In this document: positions 1 through 13,228 of the stretch, one piece after another
How positions within the stretch are numbered: the stretch's first letter is position 1
Layout: each line of letters begins with the position of its first letter
NCBI GenBank assembly: GCA_053919585.1
Contig: CM132786.1
DNA: 64,000 nucleotides
From: Euprymna scolopes
Taxonomy: Eukaryota
Reading direction: 5' to 3' (one strand)
Made by a program: the position numbers and the translations under genes
The notes under the pieces: generated by a model
Seen by the model: the letters and a program-made list of their open reading frames with translations, nothing else
What the model was told of the DNA's origin: nothing
Databases searched by the model: none

Positions 1-86
1 CCCAAATATCACATGCCAGGTTCCCGATGCTTAACTTAAATGATCGTGTAAGGACCAGTATTTCAACGTTATTATCCTGGCCATGT
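1..86 (-). mobile_element. 5S rRNA-derived SINE head (degenerate; body lies outside window)
   Basis: Reverse complement ACATGGCCAGGATAATAACGTTGAAATACTGGTCC..CGATCATTTAAGTTAAGCATCGGGAACCTGG resembles the 5' two-thirds of metazoan 5S rRNA including box A (AGTTAAGC). Confidence 0.6.
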
Positions 87-639
87 TAATATAAACGAAA
101 CACGGTCAAATATAAACTTTCTTTATTAAATCAATACTAAAAGCAAAATACTTTCTCATGTTTCTGCATATTTGTCGTGGTAGTTATGAAAAGTTGTATT
201 GTTAAAATAATAAAAAAAATATGCATTTACCTGATAAACTGTTACCTAAAACTATGGGAACTTTTGACAGAGGTAAAATATTACTTTTGTAATATAATGC
301 TTTTGAAATGTGAAACAAATCATTTAAATGTGTTATTTTCGGGTCATTATTAATAAAATTTATTGGAAATATAGATTGCTATTGTGAACGTTAAAATCTA
401 CACGAACATGAATATTGGCAGACGGATAAACGTGCATAATATCATCAATTTTCTCTGCAATACTCTTGAAGCTAATGATTTCATCGTTGTGGGGATATAA
501 AAGAGCAATTTCGAAAACTGTGCTTTAAGTGCCAATCGGAATTACATGTTGATTCATTGATGATGTCCCATAACATGCGAAGCTATCCTTAATATTATTT
601 AAAAAAAAAAACACATGCACGAAAAAGTCGATCAGGTCC

Positions 640-1140
640 CACACAACAATATTGCAAGTTCAATGAATTAGGCGACAATGGCGAGTGGTATGAGTACAGA
701 CAAGAAGTGGTACAGGAAAACAACTGTCAAGCTTTTTCAGAAGTCGCGCATAAAAAACTTATGAGGACATTCCATACCTGACATATATTTTGTAATCAAA
801 ACCCAAAGAACTTGATCAATCATTTACATAGTTAATCTTTTCAAAACCAGAATACCGACAAAAGAAGATGAAAAACAAATCGGTATCGAGATGTAAAATG
901 GGAATTAGTATTACTATAAAATAGTAAAGTCGTCAAGATGATTCGAATTTTAATTGGACCTATTGGGAATATATCGAAATAAAAACACTATATTTATTCT
1001 GATTGACAAGACAATTTCCTTTATAATTTATAATAGGGTTTTCTGGTAGACACTGTGAAAGATTTAAAATACGGATTCAATACCTCAAGTTAATGGAAGT
1101 ACCTGATGTTGAAGAAAAAAATCAAACATCACCCAGAAGT
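640..1140 (+). mobile_element. Decayed 3' part (RLE region and tail) of an R4/Dong-type non-LTR retrotransposon
   Basis: Parallels the 3' part of the 1228-2550 copy and is followed by a (CTA)n(TAA)n tail. Confidence 0.45.
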
Positions 1141-1143
1141 CGA

Positions 1144-1153
1144 TACTACTATA

Positions 1154-1189
<36 letters not shown>

Positions 1190-1226
1190 AACTACTACTA
1201 CTACTACTAATAATAATAATAATAAT
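1144..1226 (+). repeat. (CTA)n-(TAA)n microsatellite
   Basis: Directly visible; lies between two Dong-like copies (Dong elements are known to target TAA repeats). Confidence 0.95.
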
Positions 1227-1227
1227 A

Positions 1228-2550
1228 GCCAGGATATACAAGTGAAATTTGACATGGAAAAATGCGCACTGCTAGTTATATGAAAGGTGAAAACGGAGAC
1301 GACAGAATGCATTGCCCAATCAAACTAAGATGGGTAACTAGGGAAACAAGACGCCAATAAATACCTAGGACTTCCGGAAGAAGACACCATCAAAGCAACA
1401 GAAATGAAAGAGGGAATTAGAAAGAAATATATCAGGACAACAAGAAAACTTCTGGAAACTAAATTATATATAAGAACCGAATAAAAGGTATAAGTACATG
1501 GACCGTTCATAGGGTAGACTAAAGAAAACTTAGAAAGGTTGATCAGAAGACCATGAAAGACTTGACCATGCACAACGCACTACACCCGAAGAACGATGTT
1601 AACCGGCTCTATCTGAAAGGGAAATACGGTGGAAATGGGCTGGTTTGTATAGAAGACTGTGGAAATGACACCAAACAACAACTATAAACATACATAATGC
1701 AAAACACTTAAAATATAATTATGGCAGAAAGAGACACAGAAAGACTCAACAAAACAGATAACAGAGAAACAAATAATAAAACAAGAAAAGAAAAAAGTTG
1801 GAAGAGGAACAACTACACGGAAGATTCAAAAGGTAAACTAAAGATGAGTATAACGAAAACACCTGGACATGGAGCGAAAAGGACATGTGAAGCGAGAAAC
1901 TGAATCGCTAATAACGGCAACATAAGATAACCCAATAAGAACCAACAACATTAAAGCAAAACCGGCAAAATACAAGAAAACACCAAATGCGGAATCTGTG
2001 GACAAAGAGACGAAACGATAAACCATATAGTAAGTTAATGCAGCAAACTGGCCCAAAAGGAATATAAGAACAAGCACGACTCAGTAAAAAGGGCAGCGCA
2101 CTTGGAATTGTGGAAAATTCTACACCTCGAACGCACTAACAAGTGGTATACACATAAGTCAGCAACAGTAATTAAAAACGAGAATCCCAAAAACCTATGG
2201 AGCATAAACATACAAACGGATAAACTCACCCAAGCAAGAAGACCGGATGACGTAATAATTTACAAGAAAGAAAAGCCCTGTCAAATTTCAGCTGATCACA
2301 GGATAAATATCAAAGAAAAGGAGAAATGGAGATATGAAGTAAATATACAGAGCCAGAGAGCTTAAAGGGATATGGATGGTTAAAAAAATTAAGATAGAAC
2401 CTATAATAGTAGGCGCACTAAAAACAATTCCAAAAGCTTGGAAAAAAGAAATGGGAAAAATTGGAATCAGAGGAATGACTGGAAGGACACTACGAATAAC
2501 AACAATGAAAACGGCTGAAATATTAAGGAAACCCCTTGGATACGGAGATT
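1228..2550 (+). mobile_element. 5'-truncated R4/Dong-type LINE (RT C-terminus, CCHC finger, restriction-like endonuclease), frameshifted
   Basis: Motifs across frames: KCALLVI, KYLGL, TMHNALHPKNDVNRLYLK.KYGGNGL, KRETESLI, C..CGQRDETINHIVS.CSKLAQKEYKNKHDSV, LWSINIQTDKLTQARRPD, IEPIIVGAL. Confidence 0.9.
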
Positions 2551-2764
2551 AATACACATGTGCCGCATGTACGGGTTAGACGAGCTACTGCAGAGACAAA
2601 ACATGGAGAAGCGCTACATGAAATGAAGAACATTTAAGATGCATATCCATAAATTCTCTGACCCGTCCCCCATCTCCTCCAAAAGCCCAATCCCCCCCCC
2701 GAAAATGATGCCAAAATAGAAGAGAAGTGTAAAAGATGATGAAAAGACCGACGAGAGCCCAATC

Positions 2765-3145
2765 GTACGTATTCAAAATATGGCTAGAAAAAAAAAACTT
2801 ATGCAGAATAAGAACAATGCTATCGTTGGAATTTTCTGGGGAGTTTACGTAAGGCATGTGATAATGTAAAAACGCTGCGTAATGGAATCGCAGCAGCAAT
2901 TTAAGAAATTATTTATTTGCTCTCTGTAGCTTATTATAAAACCCAAGGAATATAAGGTGATGTAAACGAAATAACTAAATAACAGCGAAAACCACGAAAA
3001 AAATAATTTTTATTTGCTATAAGTGTTTGTTATTTAAAAGAAAAATAAATAGATATTCACAATAATTACTATTAGTACTTTATTTCTTGATCGTAATTCA
3101 TTTATTATTTTAAGTTCTGTAAAATTATGCAGTGAGTATTCATTG
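2765..3145 (+). repeat. Dispersed repeat, paralog of 7960-8302
   Basis: Shared blocks ATGGCTAGAAAA..CTTATGCAGAATAAGAAC and TTCTGTAAAATTATGCAGTGAGTATTCATTG. Confidence 0.8.
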
Positions 3146-3169
3146 TACTGACCAGACCTCCGTTGAACA

Positions 3170-3432
3170 AGTGTGAAGAGAACTGGGACGTTGGGAGGCT
3201 TATTGACACTCAAATTCCAGTGTAACCAATGGCCTCTGCTAGCGAGACATCAATGATAACCGGATGTTGCGATAATGCGAATATATTTGCAAATGATATC
3301 AGTGTAGGTGGGGAGTACTGGAAAACTGGGGAGACTTGTTGTCACCCACCTTCCAGGGGACACCACATGTTTTCAAGAAGAGATCCTTAATTACCTGTGT
3401 GGAAGCTTCCGGTGAGCCAATAATAATAATAA
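3170..3432 (+). mobile_element. Tandem Dong-like 3' tail fragments ending in (TAA)n
   Basis: GGAGACTTGTTGTCACCCACCTTCCAG / GGCTTATTGACACTCAAATTCCAGTG motifs also present at 7370-7510; TAA repeats at about 3420. Confidence 0.5.
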
Positions 3433-4489
3433 ATGCATTTACAGATATGTTATTTTTTTTTTGCATCATTTTCTGCATCATCATCCTATCTGATTCTCAT
3501 CTGTATTTTTCTTACCAAATCTTAATCTACATTTGAACCTGCTGGTATTTACACAGACTCTCTTGTAAAATTGAGTTCTGGTCAAAATCCGATTTCTTTC
3601 TGTATTTAATAAGACCCAATGTCACTAAAGAATAAGTTAATATGTTGTAACAATGCATTTGGAGAAAAAATAATCAAAACTAACCGTACGACCAAAAAAT
3701 ATATTTTCGAAATCATGTAGATTAGTCAGAAGAGCTAATATTCTGACATACCCCGTGCTGGCTAGGGTTATATGGATTTTATACCGAGTTTAAATCATAA
3801 TATTACTCGAATAAAAATAATATTTATTGTTCTGTTTACTGTTTGGGTTAATTTATTTGGTTATTTTGTTTTATTATTATTTGTTTGTTATCCTGCCGTG
3901 AGATAAATTGTTTACGAGACTTACTTGAAATGGTATTTTTAAAAAGTGCGGACACGAGGCTGTCTCCCACCTGCTTTCTTTCTCTTTCTCTCGCTCTCTC
4001 TCCCTTTCTCTTTCTTTCTCTCTCTCTCTCTCTCTCTCTCTGACCTTTTAAAGACCCTTGGATCTGAACATGGGAAAGTACTAATGTTACCCGCTTAGCT
4101 CAGAATTAAATCAAACTAATTCTTCCTACATTGCTGCATGTAAATCATCGAATGTTTTGGGAGAGAAAAAGGCTAAGATATAACCTATCTTCATGCAAAA
4201 TTGTTAATATTAATATCCGTCAACATCCCTTAAATAGAAATAAAGTCACTCTCTTTGTTACATAACCACATTTAGAATAACCTTGAGCGTATTTTCAATC
4301 AATAAAGCAGAATGTTAAACCCAGAAGAAAAAGCTGGTTGTTATGACCGGCAGGTGCTTGCTGATCAGCACCGGGGTCCTGCTTGTAATTCTGTTAATGT
4401 TTGCGCTTTTAACTGCAGACGCAAGAATAGTACATACAGTGAACATAAACGCATCCTATCGAGTTTCAGATACTTAAATACAAAACTTA

Positions 4490-5700
4490 TGATAACTGAA
4501 ACAACAAAAAAAACGGAAAAAGAAATGGGTAACAGAAAAGAATGGCTGAAATACATTGAACAATATTTACAGCAAATCAAAGATGAGAAGGGGTGAAATC
4601 AATAGAAAACCCCCAAGATAGCTGAAAAAGAGAGTGAAAAACTAATTCCAACCTGAAAAGATTATTAACAAAGCATATGTGCAAGAATACATGACCAAAA
4701 GCAGAACTGCGCTGACACAAAAATACACAAAAAGGGCAACTACAGGCGTATAACGTTACTACATACAGTTTTAAAATCTTGCCAGAATAATTTGGAAAAC
4801 AAATGTGTTACTCATTTAATAACCGTGTAGTTATTCCTTACATACAGATATGATAATGAAACAAAAAGAGACGAACATGATTTACTATATATGCCAAAGA
4901 ACATCCTGAAGAAGGTAAAAAGTAGAAAAAGGTATATAGCCATGGCATGAATTGACTACAAAAAAGTGCACAACAAAACTTCTCAAACATGGATAATAAA
5001 ATGTTAAGTCTCTACAAAAACAGACAAACGCATCAATTTTATTTTAAAAAATCAGTGTAATAAAATGGTAGATTATAAAGTCATGATATATGCATAAAAT
5101 GGAAGTGTTCACTGCTAAGTATGAGAATTGGGAAACTGATGGCGAAGAAAGGTATGGAATCCCCAGTTTAATCAGAGTGGGAAAGACACTAGTCGAACAT
5201 GAGACTAAAAATATTTTGGGAATTTTCGATGTAGACACCATAAAATCACCTGTAATGAATGATAAAATTAGGAAGGAATACCTAAGAAGAAAATATCTAA
5301 AAATTAACACATATAGTAGTAACCTAATAAAAAGTATAAACACGTGGGCAGTATTACTAGTAAGATACTTTGGACTGTTCATATGCTGGATTTAAAAAAA
5401 AACACCTGCGATATCTGGACAAGAACTCCAGGAAACTCTTGATCATGGCCAATGTACTATTACTGAAGGTTAATGCAGACCGACTTTGTGAAAATGAAAA
5501 ACCGGACGGAGAGGACTGTTTTTTTATAAGAGATTATGTGAACGATAAGGTAATAAAACTAGAAAATGTATAATGCAGAGCACAGAAAGACTAACCTTCG
5601 CAGCATGAGACCCAGCAAAAAGTCAAGTTATAAAACAGAGAGGAAATAGAAAAGACGAAAAAATAAAAAATGGTAAAAAGAAACAGCTGTATTTTATTAT
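4490..5700 (+). mobile_element. R4/Dong-type LINE RT fragment (5' part of a copy split by a CR1-group insertion)
   Basis: NYRRITLL, AMA.IDYKK, KIRKEYLRR..NLIKSINTWAVLLVRY, LDKNSRKLLIMANVL..NADRL. Confidence 0.85.
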
Positions 5701-5829
5701 TCCTAATAGTCATGACCTGCATGATAAAATTGTTCTCGAGATGGGTATAATTGCTCATGACACTACGCTCTATAACAGATTGGAGGTGATACTGTGTGTA
5801 CACATATCTAAAAAAAGTGGCTTAAAACT

Positions 5830-6545
5830 TACACGAAGATCACTAGTCTGTAGTTGAATGAAAATATAAATTGATAGTGACATTTAATGCTACCAAGACT
5901 AAGTTAATCCGTTTATCAAATACAAAGAAATCCTTTCAGCCACTGATGACATGATTAATAAAACGTTACTTGAAAGTTCTTCATTCAAATTTCTTGGCTT
6001 AACATTCCAGTCAACGTGAGTTGAAACAAATACAATACGTACACTGCTAAAGCTGTAGCGAAGAAGAAGGGCTTTTACCTGACGTTCTAGAAAATTACCC
6101 ACACATAAATGTATCTTATATCTCTACAAAGCAACTATTCGCCAATGCATAGCGTAGTGTAGTTGAATCTTGGCTAGTGCATTTGCCACTAGTCTCTCGC
6201 TCTTCGTATTCAATCTAATAGATCGCTCACTTTTAAACAAACATAAACTCCTGCCCCATAGCTGAAAAATAAAATTGTTGCGCCTGTTCTATCAGTATTT
6301 TATTGGAATATGCACTGATGAACTGGAAGCACGTGTACCCACTCGACGTAATTACCCCCGATTAACACGTCAAGTCCAACCGCTACACTACAGGGGTTCT
6401 AGATGCTTGAAAACATCGTACTCTTATAGTTGTTTTTTCATCAAGCTGCTAGGTTTTGGAATCCCCCCCATGATTGTATTGACAAGCAAAAATCTAAGTG
6501 TATTGTTAACAGACATCTCGCTACTCAATTCTAGACATAAAATCG
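5830..6545 (+). mobile_element. CR1-group (L2/Crack/Daphne-like) LINE 3' fragment nested in the Dong copy
   Basis: VTFNATKTKL, ESSSFKFLGLTF, LYLYKATIRQC; homologous to 38240-38950. Confidence 0.8.
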
Positions 6546-6589
6546 CTTAAGCTATAGTCTAACAAAGTATTTCCATTACATCCAAGTGA

Positions 6590-7560
6590 CAGTGTGCTTT
6601 TGTGGGCTAAATATCTGTAAGAAAAATACACTGACAATTCATGGGGATAAAAAGAACTAACCGAATTGCTAATAAGAGCCGCACACGAAAACGAAATTCG
6701 GACGAAGTATATTAAAGAAAAATGGACAAAACAGAAGATAATAGTAAATGCTGACACTGCGGACTAAGAAATAACACGATAAACCAGATAATAAGTGAAT
6801 GCAGCAAACTAGCCCAAGAGAAATATAAGAATAAGCACGATCGAGTGGCTGGCAGTACACTGGTAATTATGCAAAAATCGTGAACATCCTGACAAATATT
6901 ACAAGCACAAACCAGCGACCGTACTTAAAAAGAGAAACAACCCAAGCAAGAATACGGGATTTCATAATAGTTTACAAGAAAGAAAAAGCCAGATCAGTTC
7001 GTAGTTTTTATTCCAATCTAGCAGTCTACATGATTTATACCAAAGAGACGGAAAAGCGAAGCCAATACGCTGAACAAACCCGAGAACTGAAAGGGGTTTG
7101 AAAGATGAAGAAAGCCATAAACTACAAACGATAACCTGACATGTAGCAACTGCAACGAAAGTAAAACAAAAATGATAGAAGAACACCACTTGGAATCAAG
7201 AAAACTGAAACCGAATAATCGTAAGTTCACTCTCCCCCTCTAAGAGTATTTTAATTTTGTCATCAACTGACACTACGCCAAAATAGTCGTTAACAGTCTA
7301 GGATTGAAATACCGAGGAGATAATGCACTAACCAAACCTTCATTTGATTAGTTCGAAGAGGATTTGGGACTATGGGAAGCTTCTTGTCACCTGGATTCCA
7401 GTGAAGACTAATGGTCGTCGCTAACAAGAAATCAATTGCAAATGGCTGTTGCGATAGCTCAAATTTGGAAATCTTGCGTTACTTATTGTCATCCAAATTT
7501 TCGGAAACACCATATGATGTTGAGAAGTACAATTAATTAGTGATTTCCTGTGTAATAATA
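6590..7560 (+). mobile_element. R4/Dong-type LINE 3' part (CCHC, RLE, repeated tails)
   Basis: AAHENEIRTKYIK, TINQIISECSKLAQEKYKNKHDRVA..HW, QARIRDFIIVYKKEK; tail motifs at 7370-7510. Confidence 0.8.
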
Positions 7561-7914
7561 TCTATTAGATACAATAATGAGAATAGAGAGTGAACGAAGA
7601 TAAAATGCTATAGGGGTGCCAGTTAGACGTACATTGTGAAGCTGCAAAGAAGGCTGGTAAATTAAGGATGTTTAATGCCACTAAAACACAAAAAGGGCGT
7701 TAGTCGTTGTCAGCGATTAAAGAATAGTAGGTATAACATTGACTAACACCAAATTGTTCGAAGCGTTTATTACAAATGTTGAATGTGCTTAAAATCTTAA
7801 GAAATTTTTGTCATTCAAATTTCGAAGAAATAATACTGGTTATTGCAAAAGAGCAACTACTGTAAACTTAATGGATAAATGATGTTAATTGCCATGAAAT
7901 TAATTATCTTACTC

Positions 7915-8434
7915 TTAACCCATACGGACCACCTCTATGAGAATTGATAAGAAGCAGATTCGTAAGTCTTCAAAACATGGCTAGAAAAACACTTATGCAG
8001 AATAAGAACAGTGTTATCTTTGGAATTTTACGTAAGACGCATACTAATTTAAAAATGATGCGCTAATGGAATTTCAATAAATTATTTATTTGCTATCATT
8101 AGCTTATTATGATAAGTGAAGTATTTTATTTTAATAAATAAAGAAAAACAAAAATCATAAAAAATGATTTTTATTTGCAATAAGGGTTTGTTATTCAAAA
8201 AAAAAATAGGTATTCATAATAATTACAATTAGTGCTTTATTTTTTATCGTAATTTAATTTTTTTTTTTAAATTCTGTAAAATTATGCAGTGAGTATTCAT
8301 TGATTTCATTTTTAAATTACATTTTCATTAAATAAGCTTAATAATGACGTGAATAATTTCATTTCTTGTAAAAAATTGGCAAATATTTCAGCGAAACAAA
8401 TCAGGAAATCTTCGTTTATCACGTCTAGGGTTAT
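7915..8434. mobile_element. Possible non-autonomous piggyBac-type element
   Basis: TTAA-CCC at left, GGG-TTAT at right; interior duplicated at 2765-3145. TIR match is weak. Confidence 0.4.
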
Positions 8435-9298
8435 ACGTAAACGGCCTAGAAAATTAAGAGGATAGGATGGTCTTTATACAGCATGAGTAGCCTGGAAAGA
8501 TACATAAAAGAAAATACATAAAATATGAGTAGTGCTAACAAAATCGCTACCGAAATTAACAACTAAAGGTCTGACACGTTGTTTTGTATTATTGCATATA
8601 AACATTTTGGTTTCATTTAATACCGAGCGATATTCTGAACTGCTCCCTAAATATATCGATGAAAACGCAAAGGTAATAATGAGGACGTGACTAAGTGGTG
8701 GCACAAAACATTCTAATAAAACGACAAATCAGCTTTGAGACTTGTTATTGTCTATCTATGGTATATCAACGAAAAAAATAAAATATTCTAAATCGTTCAT
8801 TGTACACCATTGATTAAATACACCATGTAATATTACTTATCTGAACTACAACAATCGATATTGACATGAATATTTGAATCGCATATTTATTCTTCAATAT
8901 CCACACACTATGTATGTTCTAAGTGACAGCATAGAGAAATATTCTCTGAGATCGCAGTGAATAAATATTGCTATAGCAGGGTAATTTTAACAGTGCAATG
9001 CACAAGGTTACAGATAACTCAGATAGTTCACGCTTGAATAGCAATGTTTAACCTAAATAGCATTTTCAAATAACATACGTTTCTCCGAGATATGCATATT
9101 CTTCAGCTGTCTAATTTCATGCTTGGCGATGCTCCAATATCCCTGCCTAACAGTGTCCAGTGAAAAAGTGAAAACACTCTATTGGGCTGTAATAAGCTGG
9201 TTTTAATCAGTGGAATCTAGTGGGATTATTCGAAAAAATAAGCTTGAGGAAAAATGTCGAATGTCCATTAGATATTGAGAATATGAAGAGCGGATTCT

Positions 9299-9462
9299 AC
9301 ACACACACACCCACATACACCCACACACATACACACACATGTATATATATATATATGTGTATATATATACATATATAGAGAGAGAGGGAGAGAGAAAGAG
9401 AGACAGCCAGCATAATCTTTTTTCATATTCTCAATATATACATATATATATATATATATATA
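9299..9462. repeat. Compound (CA)n/(TA)n/(GA)n microsatellite
   Basis: Directly visible; abuts the 5'-truncated end of the Penelope element. Confidence 0.95.
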
Positions 9463-11350
9463 TGAACGAAACAAACAAAGTTAAACAATTCTTCAGTAAA
9501 CTGAACCTAGATATATCAATAGACCCAAACCACAAATGTGTAAACTTCTTAGACATAACACTGAATCTAGAAAACAACTCCTATGAACCCTACCCAACCA
9601 AACGCTATTCTACATCGATCACAAGTCCAACCATCCGAATAGTATGAAAAAAGCACTTATACCTAGCATCTCAAAAAGAATATCCAAAATATCACAAAAT
9701 GAAGAATTATTCAATAAAAACAAGGAATATTACAACCAAGCCTTAGCTAGATCAGGATATAAGGAACAAATTAAATTTGTTAAGGAAACTCAAAACAATA
9801 ACATAGCTACAGAAAGAACAATAAATAATGCAAATGTAATATCTTACAACATGTCGATGAGGAAATATAAAAAAAGGAAAATAAGAGCAAAAACAAATGA
9901 AAAAATAAAACATGCAATAAACACGAAAAAGAAAAATGAAAAGATAGACCATTATAAAACTGAGAGAGAAGTTAAAAAGAAAAATAGAAGAAGGAGCTAG
10001 ACGTGGTTTAATCAACCGTTCAGTCACAATATAAAAAAATAACATCCCAAGGGAATTTTACCAAATTATAGAAAAAAAATTCCCGCAAGATAATAAACTA
10101 AGTAAGATAATTAATAAAAACACTGTTAAACTATCTTTCTCAACCTCTACTAACTTAACAAATTCCATAATTGGCTCAAATAACACAAAATTAAACAAAT
10201 TTTTGAAAAACAGAGATAGGACAGAAAATGAATGTAACAATGTAAAAGAATGTAACTGCCGGGACCCTAATGAATGTCCAATGACGGGAAACTGTTTAAC
10301 TTCAAACGTAGTATACAAATGTGAATTTATTACAAATAATGAAACTAAGTATATCTGGGGAGCACCGAAACTTGCTTTAAGCACAGATATCTTAATCACC
10401 TAGCATCGTTTTAAAGTGAAACTGAGAAAGAAAAGAACACCAAACATAACGAAAACAACAACAATGTGAATAAAAAGAAAAATGAAAACATCGGTAGAAA
10501 GAATCATAACAAGAGTGACAACCACAACTACTATAACAAAAATAGAAACAGAACCAATAGCGAAAACAACCGGAAGAAAAACAAAGAAAAACTCAATTAA
10601 AGGAAAATAAAATTGGATATAAATTAAGGTGGTCAATAAATAAAGGGGGGAAAATATAAACCTAGCAAATCGAAAAGATTCAACCTATGTATATTAGAAT
10701 CTTAACATATATTAATATCAAAACAAAAATTATTAAACAAAAGACTAGATGTAATCCACGGGTGTTTGCACAGAAACAAATATTTAATTTCACGCACTAG
10801 AGCATATTAGGAATAAATGCAAAGGAGGTAATCCTAGATAAAAAAATGATACCACAAGAGTGGCCTCCACTGCATCGGGTAATATAATACGAATTAAAAC
10901 ACTAAGCAAAAAAATATATTAAAACAAACACGCATAAATATAGGAATAAAATTATATAAAATTATGATAACTGGGAAAAAATAGGAAAAACAGGTAAAAT
11001 TAAAACAAAAATAAATAATTAATAAATAAAAAATAAAAATACAAAAGTACGGGTTAAAACGGAAAACTATCTTTAGATAACACCAAAAGATGGAGGAAGT
11101 GAGGAAGCATGGCTGTGGAAATCTTTTTATCCGAATACGATGTCTAGCATGTTTAAAATATACCATTTGTTGTAAAAATCTTATGGATAAACATCTGAAG
11201 AAGTTGGTGGGGACAGGATATTTTTACGGAAACATAAATCGTAAAATTGACACTAATTAATGAAACAACTGTAATGGAAAAAGCCAGGAAAAAACGAAGG
11301 TTACAAAGAAGAAAACGTGAGTGTTTGAATTTTCAACAAAACTTTGCACT
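9463..11350 (+). mobile_element. Penelope-like retroelement (Naiad-like architecture), 5'-truncated: RT thumb, linker, GIY-YIG endonuclease, 3' pLTR
   Basis: VNFLDITLNL..SYEPY, YIDHKSNHPNSMKK..SISKRIS, YNQALARSGY, KIINKNTVKLSFS, CNCRDPNECPMTGNCLTSNVVYKC..KYIWG, NLC..LLNKR..GCLHRNKYL; frameshifts and A-rich expansions. Confidence 0.9.
11192..11276 (+). ncRNA. Type I hammerhead ribozyme motif in Penelope 3' pLTR
   Basis: CAT-CTGAAGA-[long stem II: AGTTGGTG/CACTAATT, TTTTACG/CGTAAAA]-GAAAC-AACT-GTA-ATG; stem I CAT/ATG is short. Confidence 0.6.
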
Positions 11351-11486
11351 ATATATGCTATGTCCCTATTAAATAGACACATTGAGTTTAATTCAAACTT
11401 AACGGTGAATAGTTTCAAATAACAATCTAGACACGTTAAACGAAAACGGTATACATTGAAAGTAACGACATTTCAAAAAAAACTTT

Positions 11487-11551
<65 letters not shown>

Positions 11552-11956
11552 TGATTTTGTCCAACAGCTTCACTGTAGTTATCAGACGTGTCCTAACACT
11601 AAAACCATGATAACTTTAAAGTTGAAAAGTCAAAAATGAAAAAATAAAACAAGAAAACAGCTAAAGAAATATGAATTTAGATAAATGCTTATGTAATATG
11701 CTGTCAATTTTGGCTTCTAGATTGTATCATAGCGGATCGATCTTTTACGACCAATTTCATAAAGGTCGGGAATAGCTATGACACAATATAGAAGGATGCA
11801 AATAATAAGTGAATTATATTACAACATAAGTGCGGGTACTCTGTTAACTGGCGATAAAATTTATCTTTCAGGAGTGTTCACACTGTATTCGTATACAACT
11901 ATAAAATGATTTTAGCAATTTAATTTACAAGTATGAATTTTCATTATTATTAGTGT

Positions 11957-12361
11957 NNNNNNNNNNNNNNNNNNNNNNNNNNNNNNNNNNNNNNNNNNNN
12001 NNNNNNNNNNNNNNNNNNNNNNNNNNNNNNNNNNNNNNNNNNNNNNNNNNNNNNNNNNNNNNNNNNNNNNNNNNNNNNNNNNNNNNNNNNNNNNNNNNNN
12101 NNNNNNNNNNNNNNNNNNNNNNNNNNNNNNNNNNNNNNNNNNNNNNNNNNNNNNNNNNNNNNNNNNNNNNNNNNNNNNNNNNNNNNNNNNNNNNNNNNNN
12201 NNNNNNNNNNNNNNNNNNNNNNNNNNNNNNNNNNNNNNNNNNNNNNNNNNNNNNNNNNNNNNNNNNNNNNNNNNNNNNNNNNNNNNNNNNNNNNNNNNNN
12301 NNNNNNNNNNNNNNNNNNNNNNNNNNNNNNNNNNNNNNNNNNNNNNNNNNNNNNNNNNNNN
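11957..12361. other. Assembly gap (other gaps: 16381-16513, 45365-45498, 46211-46359, 55578-55914)
   Basis: Runs of N. Confidence 1.
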
Positions 12362-12384
12362 CTATCATTCAATTTTATTTAGAA

Positions 12385-12790
12385 CTAGCCTGAGTGGCAG
12401 GAATCGGAGTTGTGTGTTAAGAAAAGAATATGGTAGTAGGCAGGCAGGAAGGCTCGAACCCGTACTGCGAAGGAGGAAAAGAACGTGAAAAAATAAACGT
12501 AACGTCTTTACCGTTGCGTCCCGAAGTGGCGAAGGTTTAAATTAAGTCTAGTCAGTCGAAAAGAGAGGATGACTTTCAAATATCGACGAAAAAAGTTACC
12601 CCTCCCTGTAGAAATGTGTCCATGTAAAGGTGAAAGAATTAATGTGTTCAGCTAATTTTCGATACTTGTCGTCTGAAGGTTAGAGACTCGTAAAAAAATT
12701 GTCGCTTTGGTCGAAAGTTTTAGGCAGACATAAAAACATACATACATAAATACATGCATTTTAACAGACAGGTGAGATGCATATTATAGA
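12385..12790 (-). mobile_element. Non-autonomous Helitron, array unit 1
   Basis: Minus strand starts TCTATAATAT and ends CTAG|T; body homologous to units 2 and 4 and to 43266-43688. Confidence 0.8.
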
Positions 12791-13228
12791 CTAGACTGGG
12801 TGCTCGGCGTTGCACGAGTGTTTGAATGTGTGTGTTCAGCAAAAAAGAAGGTAGTTGTATGTAGGTAGATTGAACCCGTAAAGGAGGAAAAAAACGTGAA
12901 ATAAAACTGACGTTTTGCTGTTGCGGCCAATCGCCAAGCCGGCAAGCGTAGGTTTAAATTAAGGCTAGAAAATTGAAAAAAGGTAAGACTTTCGAAAATA
13001 TCGTCGAAAAAAGTAATCCCTCCCTGTAGAAAGTTCCCAGTTGAGGCTGAAGGAATTAATGTATTTGCCCAATTTTTCGATAGTTGCCGTCCGAAGTGTT
13101 GGGCTTCAAAAATTATACAAATTTCGTGAAATACTATTGCATCTCTCGAAAGGTTTAACCAGACATACAAACAAGCAAACATACACACATACATTTAAAC
13201 AGACAGGTGATATTTATATTATAGAAGA
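12791..13228 (-). mobile_element. Non-autonomous Helitron, array unit 2
   Basis: 5' TCTTCTATAATAT; subterminal hairpin CTCGTGC-AAC-GCCGAG; 3' CTAG. Confidence 0.85.

Noticed and set aside
10230-10800. Selenocysteine recoding in the Naiad-like GIY-YIG region
   Set aside because: Conserved Cys positions use TGT/TGC here; no in-frame TGA at those sites.
11925-12393. ORFs spanning N runs (also 16318-16715, 45217-45510, 45948-46439, 55494-55979) and YIYI/HTHT ORFs
   Set aside because: Artefacts of assembly gaps and dinucleotide microsatellites.
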